Notes: a model not told the origin generated them from the sequence alone. DNA of 64,000 nucleotides from Candidatus Moraniibacteriota bacterium (GCA_963775955.1 CAVZKT010000001.1:85437-149436); one strand, 5' to 3'; positions 39,779 through 48,561 are shown, counted from the first letter of the stretch. A program made the numbers and translations.

Positions 39779-41284
39779 TTAATTTTTATTAAATTCTAAA
39801 TTATCCTGATTGTCCCTCTCGCTGTTCAAATCTTGAATCGTTCCTTCTTCCATATTATACCTTTCCACCAGATCTTTTCCAATCACCAAAATCATATCGG
39901 TTTTTTGGTTGCCGGCCAATTTTTGGATCTCCGGCGCAACAGAATATGAAACAACCGCCGGCAGCCTGGTCGCCAGCTCATCAAGCGTAAAAGGCTTGGC
40001 GCCATTTTTCAAATCATAAGCCATAGTTTTGTCAGCAACAAAATTTCCAATGCCGGCCACCGCCACGTTTTTATAATTCAAATTCACGCTCAAAAGTTTT
40101 TTAAGGGCATTTAAAATTTTGTAATCCCCGCTGGCGTTTATGAGAGTGATGCTCGCGTCTTCCTTTTCAATTTCAGCGCGCCGCCTCTTGAGGACATTCA
40201 AATCAAAAACATTCTGGGCCAGCTCCTGGATTTCGCTTAAGTTTCCCACCCTCGGCACCAGCGCGGAAAATTGTGAATTGTTTCCATTGATATGAACTAT
40301 TTTTAAAAGGCTGTCTTTGTTCCAAGCGTCCAAAACAACATTATTGATATTTTGCGTATCCATTTTTCGGGCAAGTTCCAAAAAGCTTACAATTTCAGCG
40401 GGAGTGACATTGGTAATGATGTTGTCTCCCAGCGCGTCAAAAAGATTATTAATTGCGATCGGATTGAAAAAAATTCCGGCGGAAAATATTTTGTTTTTGG
40501 CGGACTGTAAAACTTGCTGCTGCCTTTTGGCCCGGCCGAAATCGCCTTCGGGATCATTATGCCTTTCGCGGGCATATTTGAGCGCCGTGGCTCCATCCAG
40601 ATGATGAAAGCCCTTTTCCAATTTAAAAGGCGCGTAACTATAATTAGGTCCGGGATAACTGGGGTCGCTTATATCTCTTTCATTCACGATGTTAATTCCG
40701 CCGATGGTGTCGATTATTTTTTCAAAACCGCCAAAATTCAAAATCGCGTAATAATTTATTTTCTGCGCGGTTAGCTCCTCAATTGTCTTCACGATTAAAT
40801 CCGCTCCGGGGGCGGAATCATTCTTGCCACTGTTTAATCCCGCCTGATAGACCGTATTAATTTTCGCCGAGAAATTCCAGCCGGGAATTTCAACATACAT
40901 ATCCCGGGGAATGGAATAAAGCGCTACCTGATTTGTTTTGGTATTGAGGCTTACGAGCATGATAGTGTCGGTGAGATTTTGGCCGGGGTGCCCCTTGCCG
41001 CCGATGCCGAGAAGCAGGATATTGATCCGGCCGTCTTCGTATCCTTTCAAATCAAAAGAAGAAGCCGAAGTGAGGGATTTCGCGGTTTGCAAAAATGACG
41101 GCGGGCTCGCGTTTTCAATATTTATTTTTTTGCCGACGGAATAAATCTTATAAGTCAGAAAAGATCCGTAAATCGAGCCGGCAATAATTAAAAACAAAAA
41201 CAGCCAAAGAGCCAGCTTTTTTAGAAAAGCCGACCCGGGAGCTTTGTTTGTGTATGGGTAAGAGATCTCATCCATCCTTTTCAT
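39779..41284 (-). CDS. LytR-CpsA-Psr (LCP) family cell-envelope phosphotransferase
   Basis: N-terminal TM, NILLLGIGG...TDTIMLVSLN, ARERH motif, LytR_C-like tail. Confidence 0.88.
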   Translation of the reverse strand: MKRMDEISYPYTNKAPGSAFLKKLALWLFLFLIIAGSIYGSFLTYKIYSVGKKINIENASPPSFLQTAKSLTSASSFDLKGYEDGRINILLLGIGGKGHPGQNLTDTIMLVSLNTKTNQVALYSIPRDMYVEIPGWNFSAKINTVYQAGLNSGKNDSAPGADLIVKTIEELTAQKINYYAILNFGGFEKIIDTIGGINIVNERDISDPSYPGPNYSYAPFKLEKGFHHLDGATALKYARERHNDPEGDFGRAKRQQQVLQSAKNKIFSAGIFFNPIAINNLFDALGDNIITNVTPAEIVSFLELARKMDTQNINNVVLDAWNKDSLLKIVHINGNNSQFSALVPRVGNLSEIQELAQNVFDLNVLKRRRAEIEKEDASITLINASGDYKILNALKKLLSVNLNYKNVAVAGIGNFVADKTMAYDLKNGAKPFTLDELATRLPAVVSYSVAPEIQKLAGNQKTDMILVIGKDLVERYNMEEGTIQDLNSERDNQDNLEFNKN

Positions 41285-41411
41285 TTTACTATAATATTGG
41301 AGATACTAAAAATCGGGCTTTAATACGGGTTAAATTGCTCTTGCCAAGGGCTGAAAATTATGATAAGCTGGTAAAGTCAAATGATTTTCAAGGGTCTTTT
41401 AAAGATAAATT

Positions 41412-42035
41412 ATGGATTTTGAACCAAAAAAGAACACAAAAGAAGAGCAATACTATGGCATTGGCGGTTTTATTTTGGAAATAATCAAAGTTTTTGTTTT
41501 GGCGCTGGTCATTATTTTACCAATCAGGGTTTTTTTGTTTCAGCCTTTTTTTGTGCAGGGCGCTTCCATGGAGCCGAATTTTGAAGACAGCCAATATCTC
41601 ATCATCAATGAACTTGGCTATAAACAAACCGCGGTGGATATAAGTAATTTTCATTTGTTTACTGTAAGTCCTTTTCGGGAACTGGAAAGGCAAGAAGTCG
41701 CAGTTTTTCGCTATCCGAAAAATCGCAGCCAATTTTTCATTAAAAGAATAATCGGCCTGCCGGGAGAAAAGGTGCAAATAAAAGAAGGAGTAGTGACTAT
41801 ATTTAACAAAGAAAATGCAGATGGTTTTCTTCTGGATGAAAGCGCCTATCTTTCTTCCAAAGTGAAAACTCAGGGAGAGATGGCGCTTGCCCTCAAGGAT
41901 GATGAATATTTCGTCATGGGAGATAACCGCGGCGCCAGTTCAGATTCCCGCTCCTGGGGTCCGGTAAAGGAAAATAATATTATTGGAAAAGTATTATTGC
42001 GGGCGTGGCCGCTTGATCAGCTATCGCTGTATTAA
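41412..42035 (+). CDS. lepB: Signal peptidase I
   Basis: GASMEPNF (Ser box), RIIGLPGE, GDNRGASSDSR. Confidence 0.92.
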   Translation: MDFEPKKNTKEEQYYGIGGFILEIIKVFVLALVIILPIRVFLFQPFFVQGASMEPNFEDSQYLIINELGYKQTAVDISNFHLFTVSPFRELERQEVAVFRYPKNRSQFFIKRIIGLPGEKVQIKEGVVTIFNKENADGFLLDESAYLSSKVKTQGEMALALKDDEYFVMGDNRGASSDSRSWGPVKENNIIGKVLLRAWPLDQLSLY

Positions 42036-42160
42036 ATCCAAAATCCAAAATCTCAAATTCCAAATAAATAATAAATTCAAAAACCAAAATACAAAACTCT
42101 CTATATTTTAAAAATTATAATTTTAAATTTGTTTGTGATTTGTAATTTTGTATTTGTAAT
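42036..42160. repeat. Word-hairpin element (CCAAAAT words / ATTTGTAATTTTG words) abutting hisS
   Basis: Shares a ~60-nt core (AAATTATAATTTTRAATTT...GATTTGTAATTTTGWATTTGTAATTT) with 60205-60336. Confidence 0.8.
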
Positions 42161-42169
42161 TTAAGCAGT

Positions 42170-43576
42170 ATGGCAAAGAAAAAAATTAAGCTAAAGAGAA
42201 AGGTTAAAATTAAATTCAAATCAGTAAAAAAGCTGAAACTTAAAAAAAGCGGAGAAACTATTGAAACGATTATTTTGCAGCCGCCACGGGGCATGAAAGA
42301 TATTTTGCCGGAAGAACAGCCCTATTGGGATCAAGTCAGAAGAACGACAGAAAGACTGGCGCGCGAATACGGTTTTTCCCGGATTGACGTTCCGGTGGTT
42401 GAGTATGCCAATCTTTTCAATCGCAGTATCGGGGAAGGAACTGATATAGTCAGCAAGGAAATGTATGCCTTTGTCACTAAGGGCGGGGATAAGGTAGCGT
42501 TGCGCCCCGAATTTACAGCCGGCATTGCTCGCGCCTACATCCAGCATGGAATGAGCGTTTGGCCGAAGCCGATCAAGCTTTTTTCCACAGGATCAGCCTA
42601 TCGCTATAATCGCCCGCAAGAAGGCAGATACCGGGAATTTTTTCAGGTTAATTATGATATTTTGGGGGAGCAAGATCCGATTTTGGACGCGCAGATAATC
42701 CAGGTGGCGCATCGCGTCGTCCAAAGTCTAGGCATTAAGTCGGTGCAAATCCAAGTCAACTCAATCGGCTGTCCCGGTTGCCGCAAGGAATATAAAGAAT
42801 TGCTGGTGAATTATCTGGAATCGAAAAAACAAAAACTTTGCCAGGATTGCAAAAATCGCCTGGAAAAAAATCCGCTACGAGTTTTGGATTGCAAAGAGGA
42901 TAAGTGCGCGCAAGTGGCGGCCACGGCGCCGCAATCCATTGATCATCTTTGCGATGAATGCCGGGTGCATTTCAAACATGTTTTGGAGTATCTGGATGAG
43001 TTGGAATTGAACTATGTTATCAACCCGCAAATGGTGCGCGGACTGGATTATTATACCAAGACGGTTTTTGAAGTCTGGTCGGGTTCGGAAGAAGGCAGAA
43101 AGAGCTCCTTGGGTGGAGGCGGAAGATATGACGGGCTCGTGAAAATGCTGGGAGGAGAACTGACGCCGGCCATTGGTTTTGGTTTTGGCGTGGAAAGGCT
43201 GATTTTGGAAATGAAGCGGGTGCAGGCCAAGCCGTACCGCATGCCGCGGCCCAAAGTCTTTTTGGCGCAGCTGGGGGAATTGGCCAAGAAAAAAAGTCTG
43301 AAGCTTTTTTCCGAATTGGAAAAAAATGGAATTCTCACCGCTGAAAGTTTCGGGCGCGGAAGCCTGAAATCGCAGCTGCGCGAGGCGGACAGGCTGGGCG
43401 TGGAAATAACTTTGATTCTGGGCCAGAAAGAAGCGCTGGACAAAACTGTAATAATAAAAAATATGACATCGGGCGTGCAGGAAATTGTGAGTGTGGATAA
43501 GTTGGTTGATTTGGTGAAAAGAAAACTTAAGGCGGACAATGTGGTCGTATACCACGAAAATTCGCATAACACATAA
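42170..43576 (+). CDS. hisS: Histidine--tRNA ligase with Lys-rich N-terminal extension
   Basis: GMKDILPEE, ALRPEFT, RYDGL, and an anticodon-binding C-terminus. About 35 extra K-rich residues at the N-terminus. Confidence 0.93.
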   Translation: MAKKKIKLKRKVKIKFKSVKKLKLKKSGETIETIILQPPRGMKDILPEEQPYWDQVRRTTERLAREYGFSRIDVPVVEYANLFNRSIGEGTDIVSKEMYAFVTKGGDKVALRPEFTAGIARAYIQHGMSVWPKPIKLFSTGSAYRYNRPQEGRYREFFQVNYDILGEQDPILDAQIIQVAHRVVQSLGIKSVQIQVNSIGCPGCRKEYKELLVNYLESKKQKLCQDCKNRLEKNPLRVLDCKEDKCAQVAATAPQSIDHLCDECRVHFKHVLEYLDELELNYVINPQMVRGLDYYTKTVFEVWSGSEEGRKSSLGGGGRYDGLVKMLGGELTPAIGFGFGVERLILEMKRVQAKPYRMPRPKVFLAQLGELAKKKSLKLFSELEKNGILTAESFGRGSLKSQLREADRLGVEITLILGQKEALDKTVIIKNMTSGVQEIVSVDKLVDLVKRKLKADNVVVYHENSHNT

Positions 43577-43592
43577 CAGAAAGGGGGTCTTT

Positions 43593-43853
43593 ATGATTGA
43601 AGTAAAAAAGAAGGACAGGGAAACCAGTGAAAGCTTGATCAGACGTTTTAGCCGCCGGATTCAACAAAGCGGTGTTTTGGTGCACGCCAGAAAAACGCGC
43701 TTTCGCCAGGAAGAAAAAAGCAAGCGGGAAATCAGAGAGGGAGCGATGTATAAAGCCAAAGTCAAAAAAGTCGTGGACCGGCTCAAAAAAATGGGCAAGT
43801 TTGACGAAGGAACTTTTAGAAACGTAAAAAAGAAATTAATTCCGAAAGAGTAA
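43593..43853 (+). CDS. rpsU: 30S ribosomal protein S21
   Basis: MIEVKKKDRETSESLIRRFSRRIQQSGVL. ATG 43593 follows an AAAGGGGG RBS. Confidence 0.85.
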   Translation: MIEVKKKDRETSESLIRRFSRRIQQSGVLVHARKTRFRQEEKSKREIREGAMYKAKVKKVVDRLKKMGKFDEGTFRNVKKKLIPKE

Positions 43854-43854
43854 T

Positions 43855-43934
43855 CATATAACATACAACATGAAACATGTAACAAAAACTACTAATTAGA
43901 AAATTGTTACATGCTATATGCTTCATGCTTCATG
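43855..43934. repeat. Hairpin built from ACATG/CATGA words
   Basis: CATATAACATACAACATGAAACATGTAACAA ... TTGTTACATGCTATATGCTTCATGCTTCATG. The right arm runs into the next ORF's start. Confidence 0.75.
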
Positions 43935-44390
43935 AGTATTTCTTTAAAACAAAAAATATTTTCCGATCTAAAAGAAGCGATGAAGGCGGGGGACGCGTTG
44001 AAGCGCGATACTCTGCGGATGCTGGATGCAATGATAAAAAACACGGAAATAGAAAAAATGAAAAAGGAAGATGGGCTGACTGACGCGGAAACTGTTGAAG
44101 TTTTGTCGCGCGCGGTAAAGCAGAGGCGCGACAGCGTAGAGCAATTTGAAAAAGGCGGCCGGCAGGATTTAGCCGAAAAAGAAAAAAAAGAAATAGAAAT
44201 CATTTCCGCCTATCTTCCGGAACAACTGGGCGAGGATAAAATCAGGGAAATTATCAAAGAAGTTATCACGGCCGCCGGAGCCAGCTCCAAAGCTGACATC
44301 GGAAAAGTTATGGGGCAGGCGATGGGCAAATTAAAAGGCCAGGCGGACGGGAACATGGTGAAAAAAATTGCGGAAGAAGAATTGCCGTAA
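43932..44390 (+). CDS. yqeY: GatB/YqeY domain protein
   Basis: LKEAMKAGDALKRDTLRML and GKVMGQAMGKLKGQADG motifs. Confidence 0.88.
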   Translation: MSISLKQKIFSDLKEAMKAGDALKRDTLRMLDAMIKNTEIEKMKKEDGLTDAETVEVLSRAVKQRRDSVEQFEKGGRQDLAEKEKKEIEIISAYLPEQLGEDKIREIIKEVITAAGASSKADIGKVMGQAMGKLKGQADGNMVKKIAEEELP

Positions 44391-44449
44391 TTACCAGAGA
44401 AATATAGAAAAGCGGCTCTTTCGGGAGCTGTTTTTTTACATAAAAACGC

Positions 44450-44478
44450 TTGACAAAATAAGAATCACATGATAATAT
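44450..44478 (+). promoter_or_regulatory. Sigma70-type promoter (TTGACA-17-TAATAT)
   Basis: Upstream of ORF 44534 (RBS AAAAGGAGGG, GTG start). Confidence 0.55.
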
Positions 44479-44533
44479 TTTCTGATTTGCATATTAACAA
44501 AAGAAAAGAAAAAATATAAAAAGGAGGGATCTA

Positions 44534-44833
44534 GTGGAGAGTTATTTAATTACCGAAATAAAAAAATTAGCGGAAGAGCTCGTTAAAAATTTGAAACAAA
44601 AAAGAGTGGATGAAGTTGAAATATCAGCGGACATCAATTTTTTTATAATGCCGCTATGCGAGCTATGGGGCCATGGTGTGGCGGTAAAAATAGAGAAAAA
44701 AGTGTTCGTTTATATTATTGTCGAAAAAGCTTGTTCCCGCATCTATATCAGAAAAAGCAAACTTTATGAAAAATATCCTTGGGAATATAGAAAAACAGTA
44801 GAGGAGATTATGCAAAAATATGATATTTTTTAA
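44534..44833 (+). CDS. Hypothetical protein (99 aa)
   Basis: ORF with strong RBS, own promoter and own terminator. No motif recognised. Confidence 0.55.
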   Translation: MESYLITEIKKLAEELVKNLKQKRVDEVEISADINFFIMPLCELWGHGVAVKIEKKVFVYIIVEKACSRIYIRKSKLYEKYPWEYRKTVEEIMQKYDIF

Positions 44834-44851
44834 AAGTCCGAAAAAAATAGC

Positions 44852-44882
44852 AGGGCCGAAGATAACTTCGGCCCTTTGTTTT
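44852..44882 (+). terminator. Rho-independent terminator
   Basis: AGGGCCGAAG-ATAA-CTTCGGCCCT then TTTGTTTT. A second hairpin TCCCGG-CAC-CCGGGA plus T-run follows at about 44915-44940. Confidence 0.8.
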
Positions 44883-44955
44883 AATAATACGACAAAGATG
44901 CAAATTTCCCGGCACCCGGGATTTTTCTTTTTAAATTTGCTTTTTACCCGCTTAT

Positions 44956-44976
44956 TTGCTACGATAAAATACTTTG
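44956..44976 (+). promoter_or_regulatory. Shared 21-nt motif TTGCTACGATAAAATACTTTG (copy 1)
   Basis: Identical to the copy at 48541-48561 and 20/21 to the copy at 46467-46487. Followed by a GATCTTTGACA block. 51 nt upstream of ATG 45027. Confidence 0.7.
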
Positions 44977-45026
44977 AAAAGAGCGGATCTTTGACAATTT
45001 AAATTTGAAAAAGAAAGGAAGGCAAT

Positions 45027-45641
45027 ATGAATATTTTTTTGTTTCTCTATCCAATTATTCCTTATATGGATTTTCTGGTTAAAGAGTATGATTATCCTTT
45101 TAAGAGAAAACGTTGCGATGTTAATTGGTTAAATAATATCATAGAAAAACGTTATCGGAGCAAAAAATTTCAAATTGCATGGGTATATTTTTCGGAAAAT
45201 GGCAAAGTCTCGCCTGATATTACAATGCATTACGGTCTGATTAAAAAGAAAACAGACGATTTAAATATTAATGCAGGGTTGAGTTTTATGCGGCATATGC
45301 AGGAAAAAATATATTCTGATCCAGCATGCATTATTGGCCAGCTTCCACAGCCAATTGAAAATCTTGTAGTCGGCGGATTTCATCGTTCTGATTGCGTTGA
45401 CCGTGTTGCAGAATACGCGCATAAGAAGGGAATCTCAGTGGCAGTTGACGAAGACACAACAGAATTTTTCTTTGTAATTACTTCGCTTCATGGGAAAATA
45501 CCCCTTAGAAGAAATACTCGTTTCTTACCAAAATATTTAATTCGGTTTGCTTATGATAAGGCGGGCGGAAAATCTCTAATTTTGGAACATATAAAGAAAC
45601 ATCGCGAAGAACGTCCATGGCTTGCGCAAATCAGATTGTAA
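45027..45641 (+). CDS. Divergent isochorismatase-like (cysteine hydrolase fold) protein
   Basis: LVVGGFHRSDCVDRVAEYAHKKGISVAVDEDTT matches the G-x5-CV...G..V.V.ED pattern of the family. The N-terminal catalytic Asp is not evident. Confidence 0.45.
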   Translation: MNIFLFLYPIIPYMDFLVKEYDYPFKRKRCDVNWLNNIIEKRYRSKKFQIAWVYFSENGKVSPDITMHYGLIKKKTDDLNINAGLSFMRHMQEKIYSDPACIIGQLPQPIENLVVGGFHRSDCVDRVAEYAHKKGISVAVDEDTTEFFFVITSLHGKIPLRRNTRFLPKYLIRFAYDKAGGKSLILEHIKKHREERPWLAQIRL

Positions 45642-45659
45642 TACGAATTTAAAATATTC

Positions 45660-45689
45660 CTGGCAGGGAACCAACCTGCCAGTTTTTTT
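45660..45689 (+). terminator. Rho-independent terminator
   Basis: CTGGCAGG-GAACCAA-CCTGCCAG followed by T7. Confidence 0.85.
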
Positions 45690-45701
45690 ATGACAAAATT
45701 T

Positions 45702-45723
45702 AATACGTATTATAATACGTATT
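45702..45723. promoter_or_regulatory. Tandem perfect palindromes AATACGTATT-AT-AATACGTATT (candidate operator)
   Basis: Read directly, followed by a half-site AATAC. Located where a -35 element would sit for the -10 at 45747. Confidence 0.55.
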
Positions 45724-45743
45724 TTAATACTTACCCTTTTTAG

Positions 45744-45752
45744 TGGTATAAT
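45744..45752 (+). promoter_or_regulatory. Extended -10 (TGGTATAAT), 6 nt upstream of ATG 45759 (leaderless geometry)
   Basis: TATAAT at 45747-45752. No room for an SD. Confidence 0.55.
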
Positions 45753-45758
45753 TATTTT

Positions 45759-46415
45759 ATGAGTCTGAAGAATATTCTGCCTAAAAAAGAATATAGGATT
45801 TTGAAAAAATTAAAGACTCCGGCTAGGATCCAGGATTTTTTAGATACCATGCCGATGAATTTTGAAGAAGATGACGACACTTGTTTTTCTCCCAGGACAG
45901 TTTTGGAAAAAGGAACTTGCCATTGCATCGAGGGCGCCATATTAGCCGCCTTGGCCTTGCGAGTGAACGGCTACCCGCCGCTTCTTTTGGATTTGACGGC
46001 AGATAAAACTGATTATGACCATGTGGTGGCTGTTTTCAAAATTGATGGCAAGTGGGGAGCTATTTCCAAAACCAATCATTCTGTTTTGCGCTATCGCGAA
46101 CCAATTTACAGCTCCATCCGGGAATTGGCCATGAGCTATTTCCACGATTATGTGAATATTAACACTGGTAAGAAAACTTTGCGCAGTTTCGCGCGGCCGG
46201 TAAATTTGAAGCGTTTTGATTCTTTGGGCTGGATGACAACCAAGGAAGAAGTTTTTTATATCCCCGCGCACTTGGCTGACGTTAAGCACTACAAAATTTT
46301 GAATCGGAAACAAATTCGGAATTTACGTCCAGCCGATGCGGTTGAGGTCAAAGGCGGCAGTATTCAGGAGTGGCAAGACTCGCAGGGCAGCGCGCCCAAG
46401 TATCCATCCTGCTGA
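45759..46415 (+). CDS. Transglutaminase-like (papain-fold) cysteine peptidase family protein
   Basis: GTCHCIEGAILAALALRVNGYP (Cys), DHVVAVFKIDGKWGAISKTN (His/Asn). Confidence 0.55.
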   Translation: MSLKNILPKKEYRILKKLKTPARIQDFLDTMPMNFEEDDDTCFSPRTVLEKGTCHCIEGAILAALALRVNGYPPLLLDLTADKTDYDHVVAVFKIDGKWGAISKTNHSVLRYREPIYSSIRELAMSYFHDYVNINTGKKTLRSFARPVNLKRFDSLGWMTTKEEVFYIPAHLADVKHYKILNRKQIRNLRPADAVEVKGGSIQEWQDSQGSAPKYPSC

Positions 46416-46466
46416 AAAAAAGTTTACATGCGGGAAGCTGTTTGCACTTGCCTTTCTGGGTAATAC

Positions 46467-46487
46467 TTGCTACGATTAAATACTTTG
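46467..46487 (+). promoter_or_regulatory. Shared 21-nt motif TTGCTACGATTAAATACTTTG (copy 2)
   Basis: 20/21 identity to copies 1 and 3. A GGTCTTTAACA block lies 18 nt downstream. Confidence 0.7.
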
Positions 46488-46612
46488 AAATGGAGGGCAA
46501 AGCTGGTCTTTAACATCTGAATATATATAAATCCAAAATTTTTGGAAAATGGATGGAATATGAAACTCACGGAAAATCAGCCGTAAAAATTCAAAAAAGA
46601 AAGGAGATTAGT

Positions 46613-46921
46613 ATGGCAAAGGAAAAAATGATAATTTATCTGGAAACGCTAGGACTATGCGAACATTGCGGTCAGTTAATTACTTTACAAGACATGCCGG
46701 CGGATTCCATGGATGCTGAATGGAAATGTCCGAAGTGTGAAAAAATACTTGGCAATAATACATTCGGATACGAAAAAGTTGGAAAAGAGGGGAACCGGGA
46801 AAAATATGAGAAAACGCGGTGGGTTGGTCCTGGAAAAAAATGGGTTGAACAAAAACCAACTAAAGATTTTGATTTGGGCAACTGGCACATTATGATAAAT
46901 GTTCCACGCCATTATTTTTGA
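46613..46921 (+). CDS. Small zinc-ribbon protein
   Basis: CEHCGQ...CPKCEK. ATG 46613 follows AAAGGAG; an alternative upstream start is 46553. Confidence 0.55.
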   Translation: MAKEKMIIYLETLGLCEHCGQLITLQDMPADSMDAEWKCPKCEKILGNNTFGYEKVGKEGNREKYEKTRWVGPGKKWVEQKPTKDFDLGNWHIMINVPRHYF

Positions 46922-46951
46922 AAAAATCAGTACCATAAAAGGAGATAGAAT

Positions 46952-48232
46952 ATGAAAGTTTTAGTGATTGGAGGCGGAGGAAGAGAACACGCGATTTGCG
47001 AAAAAGTAGCCGAGTCCAATTTTGCGGATATATGTTTTTGGGCGCCGGGAAACAAAACGCTGGATGCGAGGGGTAAAATCAAACCAATTAATATCCCCGT
47101 AAAGGACACTGAAAGCCTGATTAGGTTTTCCAAAGACAATGGCATTGACCTTATAATTCCCGGTCCGGAAGATCCGTTATGCAATGGCTTTGTTAATAAA
47201 GCGAGAGAAGCAGGGATAAAAATTTTCGGGCCGACCAAGGAGGCAGCTATTCTTGAGGGATCTAAAGTATTTGCAAAACGATTCATGAAAAGGAACGGAA
47301 TCCCAACAGCCGCTTTTAAGGTTTTTGATAACGCGCCGAATGCAATCAACTATGCCTATCTGGCAAAATATCCTCTGGTTATCAAGGCCGATGGTCTGGC
47401 TGCCGGGAAGGGCGTTTACATTTGCGAATCAACTGATGAAGCAATTGGTGCCATAACGGAAATAATGATAATCCGCAAATATGGGAAGGCGGGGGACAAG
47501 ATTGTTATTGAAGATTTTATTCCTGGCGAGGAAGCATCGCACATTGAAATGGTTGATGTTAAGGGGAATGATCGTCCGTTAGCCTCATCCCAGGATCACA
47601 AGCGTGTGCTTGACGGCGACAAGGGACCGAACACCGGCGGAATGGGCGCTTATTCGCCGGCACCGATAGTAACTCCCGAGGTGGAAGAAAAAATTCTTTC
47701 CCGAATTGTTTATCCGACAATCAAAGGAATGAAAAAAGAAGGGAGGCCATATGTCGGGTTTCTCTATTTCGGACTAATGATTGATGAAAATGGAAATCCG
47801 CAGCTGCTGGAATACAATGTGCGGCTGGGAAACCCGGAAACTCAAGCAATATTGCCCAGAATGAAAACCGATTTCGTATGGCTTGTAAACCAAGCCCTTA
47901 TCGGCAACCTGAACAGTGTCAGGATCAAATGGGATCCTCGTCCGGCCGTGTGTGTGGTTATGGCTTCTGAAGGATATCCGGCTTCTTCCACAAAAGGCGC
48001 GGTTATCAACGGAATTAAGTACGCTAAAAAAATTGGCGCTAGCGTATATTTTGCGGGAACTACCCTAAATGAAAAGGGACAAATCGTCACGGCCGGCGGC
48101 AGGATTCTCAATATAACCGCCAAGGGAAATAATTTCGCCGAAGCCCAGCGCAATGCTTACGCGGCGGTCAAAGCAATCCGTTGCGATAAGCTTTTCTATA
48201 GGACTGATATCGCCAACCGGGCGATAATATAG
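46952..48232 (+). CDS. purD: Phosphoribosylamine--glycine ligase
   Basis: MKVLVIGGGGREHAI, ATP-grasp core, PNTGGMGAYSP, RLGNPE. Confidence 0.9.
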   Translation: MKVLVIGGGGREHAICEKVAESNFADICFWAPGNKTLDARGKIKPINIPVKDTESLIRFSKDNGIDLIIPGPEDPLCNGFVNKAREAGIKIFGPTKEAAILEGSKVFAKRFMKRNGIPTAAFKVFDNAPNAINYAYLAKYPLVIKADGLAAGKGVYICESTDEAIGAITEIMIIRKYGKAGDKIVIEDFIPGEEASHIEMVDVKGNDRPLASSQDHKRVLDGDKGPNTGGMGAYSPAPIVTPEVEEKILSRIVYPTIKGMKKEGRPYVGFLYFGLMIDENGNPQLLEYNVRLGNPETQAILPRMKTDFVWLVNQALIGNLNSVRIKWDPRPAVCVVMASEGYPASSTKGAVINGIKYAKKIGASVYFAGTTLNEKGQIVTAGGRILNITAKGNNFAEAQRNAYAAVKAIRCDKLFYRTDIANRAII

Positions 48233-48250
48233 ATATGAGGTCAAAACAAT

Positions 48251-48305
48251 GAGGCAACATTAATTGCGCCAGCGAGCGTGAAAAAGTGTTGCCTCTTTTA
48301 TTTTT
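48251..48305 (+). terminator. Terminator-like hairpin after purD
   Basis: GAGGCAACA...TGTTGCCTC (27-nt loop) followed by a T-rich tract. Confidence 0.55.
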
Positions 48306-48325
48306 AGGGCAATATTTTTTGGAGC

Positions 48326-48363
48326 AGTGTGATTTTTTCCGCATATGCGGAAAAAATCACACT
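48326..48363. repeat. 38-nt perfect palindrome AGTGTGATTTTTTCCGCAT|ATGCGGAAAAAATCACACT
   Basis: Read directly. Confidence 0.95.
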
Positions 48364-48388
48364 TGGTAAATAATTATTTCTTTTATGT

Positions 48389-48420
48389 CTGTTATTTTCT
48401 GCGTAAGCAAAAAATAACAG
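48389..48420. repeat. Hairpin CTGTTATTTTCTGC-GTAA-GCAAAAAATAACAG
   Basis: 14-bp stem with one mismatch and a GTAA loop. Confidence 0.9.
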
Positions 48421-48457
48421 GTTTTTGAGATTTTTGTTTTAAGAAATTATTCAGTGG

Positions 48458-48485
48458 CGATGTAAGTAATTAATTACTTACATCG
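48458..48485. repeat. 28-nt perfect palindrome CGATGTAAGTAATT|AATTACTTACATCG
   Basis: Read directly. Confidence 0.95.
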
Positions 48486-48540
48486 AATTTTTATTACAGC
48501 ATAATTTTAAATTTCCGCAAGTTGCGGATTGGGCGGAAAA

Positions 48541-48561
48541 TTGCTACGATAAAATACTTTG
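48541..48561 (+). promoter_or_regulatory. Shared 21-nt motif TTGCTACGATAAAATACTTTG (copy 3)
   Basis: Identical to copy 1. Overlaps the hairpin CTTTGCG-AAGT-CGCAAAG. A GATCTTTAAAA block lies 15 nt downstream. Confidence 0.7.

Noticed and set aside
44956-44976. The TTGCTA motif as a sigma-54 (-24/-12) promoter.
   Set aside because: TTGCW fits the -12 element, but the -24 GG is missing in copy 1 and mis-spaced in copy 2. No sigma-54 gene or EBP-type activator is visible; the nearby regulator has only a receiver domain.
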